Positions 29,213 through 38,611 of a stretch of 64,000 nucleotides of DNA are shown piece after piece. The notes beneath the pieces were generated by a model. The model made no database searches. It had not been told where the DNA came from and worked only from the letters and a program-made list of their open reading frames with translations. Both the position numbers and the translations under genes were made by a program. This stretch comes from a virus (lineage: Duplodnaviria > Heunggongvirae > Uroviricota > Caudoviricetes), in IMG/VR virus record IMGVR_UViG_3300028886_000034, positions 182,081 through 246,080 of that record; one strand, 5' to 3'. Positions within the stretch are counted from its first letter, which is position 1. Each line of letters opens with the position of its first letter.

Positions 29213-30472
29213 TTATTCGGATGGCTGCGCCCCAGCCAACATAGCTGCATTACACGTTGCATCTTTTTTCTTAGATGGCACATACTGCGCTATGCGTTTT
29301 GCAGCATTAATATCTCGATCTTCAATATGACCGCAAATCGGACATACAAACACTCGGTCTTTTAATGTAAGTTTTTGTTCCTTGGGTCTACGATACCCGC
29401 AGCTAGAACAAGTTTGCGTTGCGGCAAATGTTACTGGTACTGTAATGAAATTTGCGTAATGCATCTTGCATTTATTCGCAAGCATGATACGAATTATTCC
29501 CCAGCTTGCGCCATAAATAGCTTTCGCTAACTTACTGTTTTTAACCATATTCTTAGACTTAACGTTTTCCCAATAGACCCATTTGTACGTCTTTACGATT
29601 TGTGTTGTCATCTTATGAAGATTGTCTTTACGGATATCCTTAATCTTTAAACAAACGCGCTGATGCTTGGTTTTCGCTTTAGCGTAATGTTTGCTCGTTT
29701 TCCAATCCTTATTCTTGTTTCGTTTACGTCCCATTACTTTGTCATAATATCGTGCTCGCTTATCGAGTTTCGCTAATTTTTTCTTAGTTTTAATATCGAA
29801 ATTCATCACAGTTCCGTCTGAGAGTGTCATAAGGTTATGAACACCAGGATCAATACCGACTTTACCACTGCCCTCCGTTTCTTTCAACGGAGTACCGAGT
29901 TTAATATCAAACGAAGCCATATAAATTCCTGCTTCTTTAGAAATCGATACTTCCGAAAGAGTATCGCCGTCATCAGGATAATACTCGATATCTTCCATAA
30001 TTTTGATCCATTTTAAATCGTCATCGATTCCACTGTAACGACCAGTAGTGAATCGAAAATACTGATGTGTTCCTCTTTTTACGAAATAACCGAGTTTTTT
30101 ATCCCTGATACGCGAGTAATCCATAATAAACGAATCTTTCGTCTTTTTCTTAGTTTTAAAATTAGCTTTACCATGACGATAAATTGTTTCGGCTAAAGTC
30201 ATTTGCACTTCGCTCCAAATAAACGCTGGCATTTCCTTTTCCCAATCTGCTTGAAGTCCATCTTGACGAACTTTTTTCAAAAGCTCTTTATCGATTTTTA
30301 CTTTTGGATTCGTTTCCTTTTCTCGCAAATAACACGCTAACAATCTATTCCAACAACGCCGTCTATAGCCAAAACATTTATCCAGATATCGTTTCATGGT
30401 CCGATTTGGTTTTATCTTCGTTTTAGTAGCATGATATCCGTATTTAGCGCTATTTTTCGAATTTTGACTCAT
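29213..30472 (-). CDS. tnpB: TnpB RNA-guided endonuclease (IS200/IS605/IS607 OrfB family)
   Basis: FG..R..WN N-terminus, RuvC GIDPG / WEN / DRDINAA, Zn finger CSSC..CPIC; ATG 30472 after AAGGAGGTG (track GTG 30487 lies in the RBS). Confidence 0.92.
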   Translation of the reverse strand: MSQNSKNSAKYGYHATKTKIKPNRTMKRYLDKCFGYRRRCWNRLLACYLREKETNPKVKIDKELLKKVRQDGLQADWEKEMPAFIWSEVQMTLAETIYRHGKANFKTKKKTKDSFIMDYSRIRDKKLGYFVKRGTHQYFRFTTGRYSGIDDDLKWIKIMEDIEYYPDDGDTLSEVSISKEAGIYMASFDIKLGTPLKETEGSGKVGIDPGVHNLMTLSDGTVMNFDIKTKKKLAKLDKRARYYDKVMGRKRNKNKDWKTSKHYAKAKTKHQRVCLKIKDIRKDNLHKMTTQIVKTYKWVYWENVKSKNMVKNSKLAKAIYGASWGIIRIMLANKCKMHYANFITVPVTFAATQTCSSCGYRRPKEQKLTLKDRVFVCPICGHIEDRDINAAKRIAQYVPSKKKDATCNAAMLAGAQPSE

Positions 30473-30535
30473 TTTACGTGGGTACACCTCCTTTCTGAAA
30501 CAAATATTATCTTCGGTTCCTTCGTATTATATACA

Positions 30536-30564
30536 AGTTTACCATATATTTGTTCCAAAAGCAA
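30536..30564 (-). promoter_or_regulatory. putative sigma70-type promoter for tnpB inside the intron
   Basis: TTGCTT-17-TAAACT with TGn extension. Confidence 0.45.
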
Positions 30565-30882
30565 GTGCGTTTCTACCTCGAATTTTGCTTTCGCTATTCG
30601 TTAGTACGCCTAGACTATATCTTCCTCCGAAATTCCCTCACGCTGTTCGTGATTTTCGGAGTTTGTACATCAGACATTGACGCAATTAATCGTCTATCTT
30701 AAAGCGGTTGACACCGCAATAGTCGTTGAACCTTGCAGATTATTATCTACAACGGTTGCTGATTACCTAATCCGTAACGTTATTACCAAACGGTAGTTAC
30801 GGCTCTTATGTAGGCTTTCCAGCAATTCACAATCAAATTACGACACAGATTACTCTGTGAAGATGCAACTCACTAAAGAGTT

Positions 30883-32497
30883 ACATTTCTGTAGGAGCTG
30901 CTTTAGAATCAGAATAATATACTTTCGCAACTTTATATCCTATTTCAGATAATCTACTAGAAGCAGAAGAAGTAATATCATGGACAATTCTTTCTTTATA
31001 TCCATGTCTTCTAGCAATGGCCATACCAATATTATTATGTATTAATTGTCCAACTATTTCATGATTAGATACTGGGTCAAAGTCTTCTTCTTTATTATAT
31101 CCTAATTCTTGTGAAGTAGTTTCTTGTTCCATTAAATTAGGAGTAAGATCTGGTATTTCACCTGGCCTAAGTTCTTTAAGGACAGTTTTAAGTTCTTTTG
31201 AACCAACTAAAGCTTCTTGAGCTATTTTTAATTGTTCTTCTTTATCATCAGTTCTAACAGCATCTACAGCATCTACAGCTTTTGAAGGCTTAGCTCTAGT
31301 ATAAGCATCTAATCTATTTTCAATAGACGCTTGACTAATATTATAATTAGCTAAGAAGGACTTAGTATTTTTAGCAATTTCTTTAACCGCATCTTCAATA
31401 TCATCTTTACCAAGATCACTTAATTTAGTTTCATTTTCTTCAGATTTCTTAATAGGATCTCTTTTAGCTACAGGTATTCTGACTTTCTTAACTATTTCTT
31501 TTTCTTCAATATTATCTCCTCTATCTATAACTGCATTATCATAGATTCTAGGTTCTTGTGGATTAGAATCTGGTATAGGGGTCATTTGAATAGGAGGATT
31601 CTGAATGTTTTTAACTGTATTAGCTAAGTTAGCTAATTGATCTAAATTAGGCTTCTGAGGATTCGAAGGATCTTGAATAGGTTCTTCCGGTTGTTTATCT
31701 TTATTAAAAAAGCCTTTAATCTTGTCTAAAACAGTAGTATCTTTTTGAAGTTCTTTTGTATTAGGATTGGGTTGAAGATTAGCTCTGATATCTTTCATAT
31801 TTAATGCTCTTTTATTTCTAACTGACTGAGCTAGTTCTTCATCATCCATAATAATTTTATTATTTAAACTTTGCTTTAAAGTCATTAAAGCATTAGTATA
31901 AAGATTCTGTTCAGTATTAACACTATCTCTATCAAAGAATAAATGGAAAGAAGAAGTATCTTCATTATAAAGAATAACTTTATCAAAAGTAATCTTATTA
32001 AAGCTATTAGTTCTTAAATTTGATAATAAGTTAAATATAAGAAGATTTTTCATATTGATCTTACTTCTAACTAAAGAACTATCTAAAACATATAATAAAA
32101 CATTCATATAATGTAAATTAGTTTTAAGTTCTTTATTTATATTAAACTCGAAGTTATCAACTATATTAGCATATCTTAATGAAGAATACTTTTGTCTAAT
32201 GTAGCTAATATACATTGTAAGATCAAAAACAAAAGAATTTCCTTTAGCTAATATAGGATTAACTAAAACAGTTTTAATAGCATCTCCATATTTAGCTTTA
32301 ACTTCTTCTGGATTTAATGAAAGTACTTTATTTAAAACTCTCATAGCTTCAGGAGCATAAGCTAATATTGGAGGATTAGTTAAAGGTAATCTTTGGTAAT
32401 AAGTACAACCTAATTCAGCACCTTCGACTAATAGTTCTAAACAGATTCCTTTTTTAGCTATAGGTAAATTAGTTATAATATTATCCATTATTAACAT
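30883..32497 (-). CDS. rpoB: phage RNA polymerase beta subunit, exon 1 (long N-terminal extension)
   Basis: Track ORF ends ..APTEM then TAA at the intron boundary; splicing gives APTEM-YPSDFDIINIK..TLKFRVPQIKEDRYVVSGG. Confidence 0.8.
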
Positions 32498-32506
32498 GCT
32501 CCTTTC

Positions 32507-35452
32507 TTACATCATCATGATGTCATCCAAATCTGAATGAATCTTAATAGAGTCATCATCATTTAAAATTGCAGTAGTGAGAGCTTTAGAAATATTTTCA
32601 AAGCCCATACCTCTTCTCCAGTTCTCATAAACAGCTACTTGTTTCATTCCAACTCTTAAAGGAGGCTTTCTTCTGGATGAACATCTATAAGGGATTGCTT
32701 TTCTATCAGGATCTCTAAATAATTGCGATACTAATACTTCATAAGCCCACATTGGAACTCCAGATAAAGTATTATAGTACATTAATTCTACTAATTTATC
32801 AGGATTAGTAACATTAGTTTGCTGTGCTAATTTTAATATCTGCATGACTGCACCAGTGGTAGAACCAGCAGAATTTTTCATTGATCCGAATATAGCATCT
32901 TTAGGATAATTTATAACATACTTATTACCTTTATCTTGAACTTCATCAGGATCTCCTATAATTAAAGTAAAGTCATATTCAAGTTCTAGATCAAATTTTC
33001 TATTATCAGTATCTATTACAAAATTTTTAAAGATCATTTCTCCATCTGCATATTTTAAAATCTCATCTTTATCTACAATTATAGTAAGAGGTACTAATGA
33101 AGTTATATTTGCTTCTTTGTCCTGGGTACAAATCTTTTCTAAGTCTTTATCATTTGCTAAGAAATTAGCCGCACCTTTGGATGAAGTAGTATGGAAAGTT
33201 CTCATAGTAGACTGAGAACCAACTTCTCCAATAGCTTGAGCCGCTAAAAATCCTACATTATATGAACGTAAATTATCATATAAATCGTAAGGTAAACATC
33301 TTCTACCTAAAGTATGCTCAGTCCAATATACTGGTGAAAGTATACCTACTTTTTGTCCAATATATTTTTCTGGGTCTTTAACTATTGTTCCATCCCATAA
33401 AGTTCTTCCCATCAAACCATCTGCCATAAATTTATCTTTAACATTAACCATAAGAGGTCTATAAGCATGATTTCCTTTTTGTTCAGGATCCATTATTACT
33501 GATGCTACTGCATAAATTATCTGACGAGTCATATACCCAGAATTAGCAGTCATTTGGGATCGATCAATAATACCTGACCTACCAGAAACTGATGAGTTAT
33601 AATAATCTGCTGAAGATAATCCCTGACCTGTAGCAGTTTTAACTGGAGTAGGAATAACTTCTCCATCTGAATTAGCTACAAATCCTTTAGCTACAAAAGA
33701 TGCCTGGATATTACCCATTTTAGATTCAGCACCTGATTCTGCCATATCTGAAATGAGTACACCTCTTTCTTTAAAGTCTTCCATAACTTCTTTAGTTAAT
33801 TTAGATAAGTCTCCAGGTATATCAGTACTATGAGCGAATATTTCGTCTTTTTCTTTAAGAATTTTATCATTAAGTTTATAAATACTTATATCTAATGATT
33901 TTCCAATTATAGGTGTCATTTTACAAGCATGCTTACCTAAGACTCCAGCTCTATGGACAATTTCTTCAGAATCCATTCTATCTCTTAAGGCATATAATAA
34001 CTTATGTACTTTCTTTTTAGTAATTGGCTCATCTACTCTAATAGTAGTAGCTAACTCAAAAATAGCTCTTCCAGCAGTAGTTAATCTTTTATTAAAAATA
34101 ACTGGGAATGTAGGTTCATTATTATCAAAGATAACTTTTTCACAATCTTCTATAGTATTAACTACAGGAGGATTTTTAATAGGAGGACCTTTATAATCCT
34201 GTGTCATATACCAAATAGCTAAAGGCTGATCTTTTTTAAATTCAATACTCATATTTTGATCACCTTTAGATGAGGTTAAGTCCTTTCCTATTAACATTTT
34301 TTCTCTGACCATATCCTGAGCTTTTTGTGTAATTGGAAGGAATATGGCCATTTGATCTCCATCAAAATCCGCATTATAGGGTCCACATATTATAGGATTG
34401 ATATGGAAAGAATCATCATCAACTATCTGAACATACATACCTCTAACTGAATGTCTATGTAAAGCAGGATCTCTTTTAGCTAAAACTACTTTACCCTTAA
34501 TCACATCTTCCAAAGATTGCCTAATAATTGCTTTAACTTCATCAGGTACTTCTTTAGACCTATTTTTGCATTGATCTATTAATCTTCCAACATTTAACTG
34601 AGAGGACTTAATCCCATATTGCTCTAATACCCCTCGTTTATCTCCATATACTAAGTCATGAATAATATGATTTTTAAATAAAACTAAGGCTAAGTTTTCT
34701 GGAACTCCTATAGTATTAGGCTCTATATTAATATCTCCAGTAATAACTGCTCTAGCTGAGAAGTCTAATACTTTAGAAAGTAAAGCACCTCTCTGAGCAC
34801 CTTGTTTACCTCTGATTAACTGAGTTAATTCTCTATAAACCTTATAAGCAGTTACTTGCATTTTATAAGTAACAGTTCTAAAATTATTACCTTGAGCATA
34901 TCTTACAACATTAGCATCATTGATTAAAGAAATATAATAGTTATTAATAGGAGTTATCTCAACTTTATTTCTAACTATATCTACTGGTCTATACTGTGGT
35001 GGCAATACAATCATATTTTCTATAAATGCAACATCTCTATGCTTAAGGATATACTTTATTAACTTCTGGCCAGCATCAGTTAATCTATCACCCATTAAGA
35101 GTTCTTTACAAACTTCATCAAGATGCTCAATAAAAAATGGGATACCATAGTATCCCGTAGAATTTTTTTCCAAAGCACCAGTATCTGGATTAATACTAAC
35201 TTCACCAGTTAAAAACTTAAGTAAAATAGATGCCCTTCTATCTGCAATCTCATATAAAAGAGGATGAAGTATTTTGGTATTTAACGCTATAAACCCAAAC
35301 TTAGTTCTCCATCTACTGGAATTTGGTAACCCAAAGATAATATTACTAAAGAGTCCATTATCATCAAACTTATCTGCTCTCAGTATATTAGCAGTAGTAA
35401 CTTGTTTGATTTCGTTCTCTTCAATAAACTTATTAATATCTCTTAATAACAA
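32507..35452 (-). CDS. rpoC: phage RNA polymerase beta' subunit (single chain)
   Basis: Catalytic NADFDGD; VLPPQYRP; SARAVI; RDPALH; TANSGYMTR; trigger loop AAQAIGEVGSQSTMRTFH. Confidence 0.95.
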   Translation of the reverse strand: MLLRDINKFIEENEIKQVTTANILRADKFDDNGLFSNIIFGLPNSSRWRTKFGFIALNTKILHPLLYEIADRRASILLKFLTGEVSINPDTGALEKNSTGYYGIPFFIEHLDEVCKELLMGDRLTDAGQKLIKYILKHRDVAFIENMIVLPPQYRPVDIVRNKVEITPINNYYISLINDANVVRYAQGNNFRTVTYKMQVTAYKVYRELTQLIRGKQGAQRGALLSKVLDFSARAVITGDINIEPNTIGVPENLALVLFKNHIIHDLVYGDKRGVLEQYGIKSSQLNVGRLIDQCKNRSKEVPDEVKAIIRQSLEDVIKGKVVLAKRDPALHRHSVRGMYVQIVDDDSFHINPIICGPYNADFDGDQMAIFLPITQKAQDMVREKMLIGKDLTSSKGDQNMSIEFKKDQPLAIWYMTQDYKGPPIKNPPVVNTIEDCEKVIFDNNEPTFPVIFNKRLTTAGRAIFELATTIRVDEPITKKKVHKLLYALRDRMDSEEIVHRAGVLGKHACKMTPIIGKSLDISIYKLNDKILKEKDEIFAHSTDIPGDLSKLTKEVMEDFKERGVLISDMAESGAESKMGNIQASFVAKGFVANSDGEVIPTPVKTATGQGLSSADYYNSSVSGRSGIIDRSQMTANSGYMTRQIIYAVASVIMDPEQKGNHAYRPLMVNVKDKFMADGLMGRTLWDGTIVKDPEKYIGQKVGILSPVYWTEHTLGRRCLPYDLYDNLRSYNVGFLAAQAIGEVGSQSTMRTFHTTSSKGAANFLANDKDLEKICTQDKEANITSLVPLTIIVDKDEILKYADGEMIFKNFVIDTDNRKFDLELEYDFTLIIGDPDEVQDKGNKYVINYPKDAIFGSMKNSAGSTTGAVMQILKLAQQTNVTNPDKLVELMYYNTLSGVPMWAYEVLVSQLFRDPDRKAIPYRCSSRRKPPLRVGMKQVAVYENWRRGMGFENISKALTTAILNDDDSIKIHSDLDDIMMM

Positions 35453-35465
35453 AAATTATCAGCTC

Positions 35466-36101
35466 CTATTGTTCTGATGACTCAGAGTTCTTAATTTCCT
35501 GGGAAGAAGGTTCTTTTTCAGAAGTATTTTCTTCAGCAGTAGAATCCTCTGGTCTAAGGGTTGAATCTCTTTTCTTAAGATCCATTATATCTTTATTATT
35601 TTCATTAGTACCTTCAGGATGACCAGCTCTAACAGCTTCAAGATTATTTATAACTTTTTCAAATTCAATAAAAGTATTCTTAAGTCTTTTTTCTAATCTT
35701 TCTTTAACTGCAGCTCTGCATACTTTAATCTTTCTAACTGCAGGACCTGATTTTGAAGTAGCTAAGTTTACTCCAAATGCTTTCCAGACTTCTTCAATAT
35801 CAGCTACAATATACATATTAATCATCATACTACCGTTACTTAAACATTTAGATTTGTCTAAATTAAATGGTGTATTCTTTTCGGTATAGGGATTCTTTTT
35901 TTTAGGATCATCTTCTCCAATAATTGTGATTTCTTTTGGATCACAATTAGTTATATCTACAAATCTAATAAGTAACTCATCTATTCTCTGATAAAACCAA
36001 TCATCTAACTTTACTTCATATGGTCTAAGTAAAGTTTTAAGTCCTTTAGAACCCTCAGTATTACCCAATAAATTAAAACACTTTTTAATAAGTAAAGACA
36101 T
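35466..36101 (-). CDS. hypothetical protein in RNAP operon
   Basis: 211 aa, tightly packed between 36104 gene and beta'. Confidence 0.75.
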   Translation of the reverse strand: MSLLIKKCFNLLGNTEGSKGLKTLLRPYEVKLDDWFYQRIDELLIRFVDITNCDPKEITIIGEDDPKKKNPYTEKNTPFNLDKSKCLSNGSMMINMYIVADIEEVWKAFGVNLATSKSGPAVRKIKVCRAAVKERLEKRLKNTFIEFEKVINNLEAVRAGHPEGTNENNKDIMDLKKRDSTLRPEDSTAEENTSEKEPSSQEIKNSESSEQ

Positions 36102-36103
36102 TA

Positions 36104-37474
36104 TTATGCAGCATCCTTTCTGTTTTGAAGAATTTCTGTTTTAACAATTTTAATAAACTCATCATACTTACCTGAAGAAATACTATAAATAAAGCCAATA
36201 TATTGTTCTATGAATCTACTCCAATCTATAGTAACTTCTACATTATCTTTAGTTATATAAGTATACCCATATAACTTAGTAACTGAATCAATAAGTATCT
36301 TCTTTATATTAGAAGGGCTTAAATGCTTAAAGATTTTATTGAGTTCTTTATAGGTAACTAGATTCATTATTTTTTCTTTATAGTTTTCTGGTAACACTCG
36401 ATTATCATAAGTTCTTGATGATATCGGTATTAACAATAAAAAGTTTATAAGTTCAGTTTTAGATGGATCAAATCTAGTCAAGAAATCATAACAAAAAATA
36501 TTAACTATACTTATATTTTCCAATAAAAGATGATTAGAATTGATTCCAAATATCTTATTGATTAATGGATTACATACATTAGCAACAGTATTAAAAGTAT
36601 TATACTTAGATAAGCTATTAGTTAATTCCGGATATTTATTAGCTATAGGTTCAAAGTATTCTTTAACTATAGTTCTATAATAGATTTCATGTTCCTCAAT
36701 ATGATTGTTAGGTTCAGTTATAGTTACAATATTGATTTCACTATTAACAAACTTAACACCTAACTTAGTTCTCAACAACCAATCTACTTCATTTTTAGCA
36801 ATACTAATCATATAAGCTATTGGGTTTTCATTAGCTTTTAAACTAGGTAAAGCTTTATAGATAACACTACTTAAAAGTTTAATAGCATAACTATCTGCGG
36901 TATATCCAGTTGAAGCTGAAAGTAAATCCCAGATTTTTCTACCAGATTTAGTGGGGAAAGTATTTAAAACAATACTATTAATAATCCTATATAATTTATC
37001 TAAGATACCTAAGTCAATCATTTCTCTACAGATAAGTTTCTGTATTTCTTTTTGTCCAATTTGGTCTACAGAATAATCTGAAAGATAACAGATTAAAAAG
37101 AATCTAGTTCTAATAGATACCTTATATAAACAAGAAGTTTCTTCAAAGTTTATATTTAAATCATATTCATTATTAACTTTTACAGTTAAGTCTTTTCCTA
37201 GATTTAAAGTATCGTAAGTATCTTGAATTAATTTAAATAACTTAGGATAATACTTTAGAAAGCAGTTGTATCTATCATTAGTTATAATATATTCTTTTAA
37301 AAATGTTTCATAAGTATCTTTTAGTTCTTGATTAGAGTCTAACATAGTATTAACTATATTAAATATAGATTTAAACTTATTAGATAATGCAGCTAATTCT
37401 GTAACAAAAGATTGCTTAGTAGAATCAGAAAAAAGAAAATCTATAGTTTTTCTTTGAGTAGATTTTATAAACAT
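36104..37474 (-). CDS. hypothetical helical protein, candidate sigma-like RNAP subunit
   Basis: 456 aa in RNAP operon; KALPSLKANENPIAYMISIAKNEVDW faintly recalls sigma region 2; function inferred. Confidence 0.45.
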   Translation of the reverse strand: MFIKSTQRKTIDFLFSDSTKQSFVTELAALSNKFKSIFNIVNTMLDSNQELKDTYETFLKEYIITNDRYNCFLKYYPKLFKLIQDTYDTLNLGKDLTVKVNNEYDLNINFEETSCLYKVSIRTRFFLICYLSDYSVDQIGQKEIQKLICREMIDLGILDKLYRIINSIVLNTFPTKSGRKIWDLLSASTGYTADSYAIKLLSSVIYKALPSLKANENPIAYMISIAKNEVDWLLRTKLGVKFVNSEINIVTITEPNNHIEEHEIYYRTIVKEYFEPIANKYPELTNSLSKYNTFNTVANVCNPLINKIFGINSNHLLLENISIVNIFCYDFLTRFDPSKTELINFLLLIPISSRTYDNRVLPENYKEKIMNLVTYKELNKIFKHLSPSNIKKILIDSVTKLYGYTYITKDNVEVTIDWSRFIEQYIGFIYSISSGKYDEFIKIVKTEILQNRKDAA

Positions 37475-37483
37475 GAGTATGAA

Positions 37484-37512
37484 AGGGGAGAAGGAGATTA
37501 TCCCTCTCCCCC
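37484..37512 (-). terminator. hairpin / possible terminator
   Basis: GGGGAGA..GGA/TCC.TCTCCCC stem. Confidence 0.5.
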
Positions 37513-37529
37513 ATAATTACACCTACTTT

Positions 37530-38126
37530 CTAATGTAACTGTTGTCTTAGTTCATCTCTAACGATCATTCTAATTTGGTCGCCTACAGCATCTCTAATTG
37601 TTTCTTTCAATTCTGAGACAATCAAATGTACAATGAAGTTAACTGACCTATACAAAAACATTCGTAGAAACTTAACAAACCTATCCAATTCATCTTTGTC
37701 TCTGAAAGTATAAGATTGTTTAAGTTCCTTATCTTTGAACTTATCCCTGATATACAAAATCCTATATGGAATACCATCTTTTTCAGTAATCCCAAACGCA
37801 AAGGATACCACATGCTCAGTTTTAGTTACTACATAAGTATCTGTAAACTGAAGCTTTTCTCCTTCAGGATTACCTTTTTCATAAGTATCAACAATATGCT
37901 TGATACCATTTATAAATTGATATAAATCACGATAGTTGATTTTTCCCTCTCTGTTTACTTTATAATTCATATTCCTGAAAACATAGAAGGAAACTGCCTC
38001 TTCTTTAATTTGGTCTCCCTTATCATTTCTAGGAGTGATACCAATTCGAAGAGTATCATTACCAAAATCATTCAACTTAAACATAATAAACAGCGACTTG
38101 TTACCGGTGTTAAAATACGTAAGCAT
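37530..38126 (-). CDS. hypothetical protein
   Basis: 198 aa ORF with GGAG RBS. Confidence 0.75.
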   Translation of the reverse strand: MLTYFNTGNKSLFIMFKLNDFGNDTLRIGITPRNDKGDQIKEEAVSFYVFRNMNYKVNREGKINYRDLYQFINGIKHIVDTYEKGNPEGEKLQFTDTYVVTKTEHVVSFAFGITEKDGIPYRILYIRDKFKDKELKQSYTFRDKDELDRFVKFLRMFLYRSVNFIVHLIVSELKETIRDAVGDQIRMIVRDELRQQLH

Positions 38127-38138
38127 CGTCTTACTCTC

Positions 38139-38573
38139 CTAACCAAAGTACTCTGCCTGCACTGATTCCATCAGTGAGTACATATGCTCTACAGAGTCAG
38201 GAGTATCACAGCAAAACATCCATCTGTGAACATATGCACTACCCTCTTTGCATATGCTGCACGATGCTCTTACTCTCGCGGGTGGATTAAGTCTTGTCTT
38301 CATTAAATGAATTGCTTTTGTGAGGTCATTAGCACAAGGAATTGTAGTATCATTCCAACGCGCTTCAAAGTACTGTGTATCACAAGGATTAGGGATATAA
38401 GTGCCAAACTGAACTCTATCAACCTCATCCAAGTGTCTCACAGCACTACCTCCTACAAATTTCTTAAAACTTCTCTTCAACTTGTGTGTACCAGACTTGC
38501 CCAGTTTATCATAGGCCCACGCACCCGCTCCAACCAGTGCCAGCAACTCCACCAACATACTGACTACCTCCAC
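38139..38573 (-). CDS. hypothetical protein with N-terminal hydrophobic segment
   Basis: LVELLALVGAGAWAY; true start may be the second Met after GGAGG. Confidence 0.65.
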   Translation of the reverse strand: MEVVSMLVELLALVGAGAWAYDKLGKSGTHKLKRSFKKFVGGSAVRHLDEVDRVQFGTYIPNPCDTQYFEARWNDTTIPCANDLTKAIHLMKTRLNPPARVRASCSICKEGSAYVHRWMFCCDTPDSVEHMYSLMESVQAEYFG

Positions 38574-38611
38574 ATAGAGATTGGATTTCTATATGGAATT
38601 TTGATAGATTT

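Larger units (their letters stand above)
29091..30882 (-). mobile_element. group I intron (IA-like) carrying tnpB, IStron-like
   Basis: P AATTGCTGGAAA (30816-30827), Q AATCAGCAA (30756-30764), R GTTCAACGACTA (30720-30731), S AAGATATAGTCT (30612-30623); P1 U.G pair at ATGT|AACTC; P9.0 GGCGT/ACGCC next to terminal G 29091; splicing restores frame. Confidence 0.9.

Noticed and set aside
29091-30882. Autonomous IS605/IS607 element
   Set aside because: No tnpA (HUH or serine recombinase) ORF in the element or window
30881-32497. 538-aa ORF as a stand-alone gene
   Set aside because: Its stop codon straddles the predicted 5' splice site; better explained as exon 1
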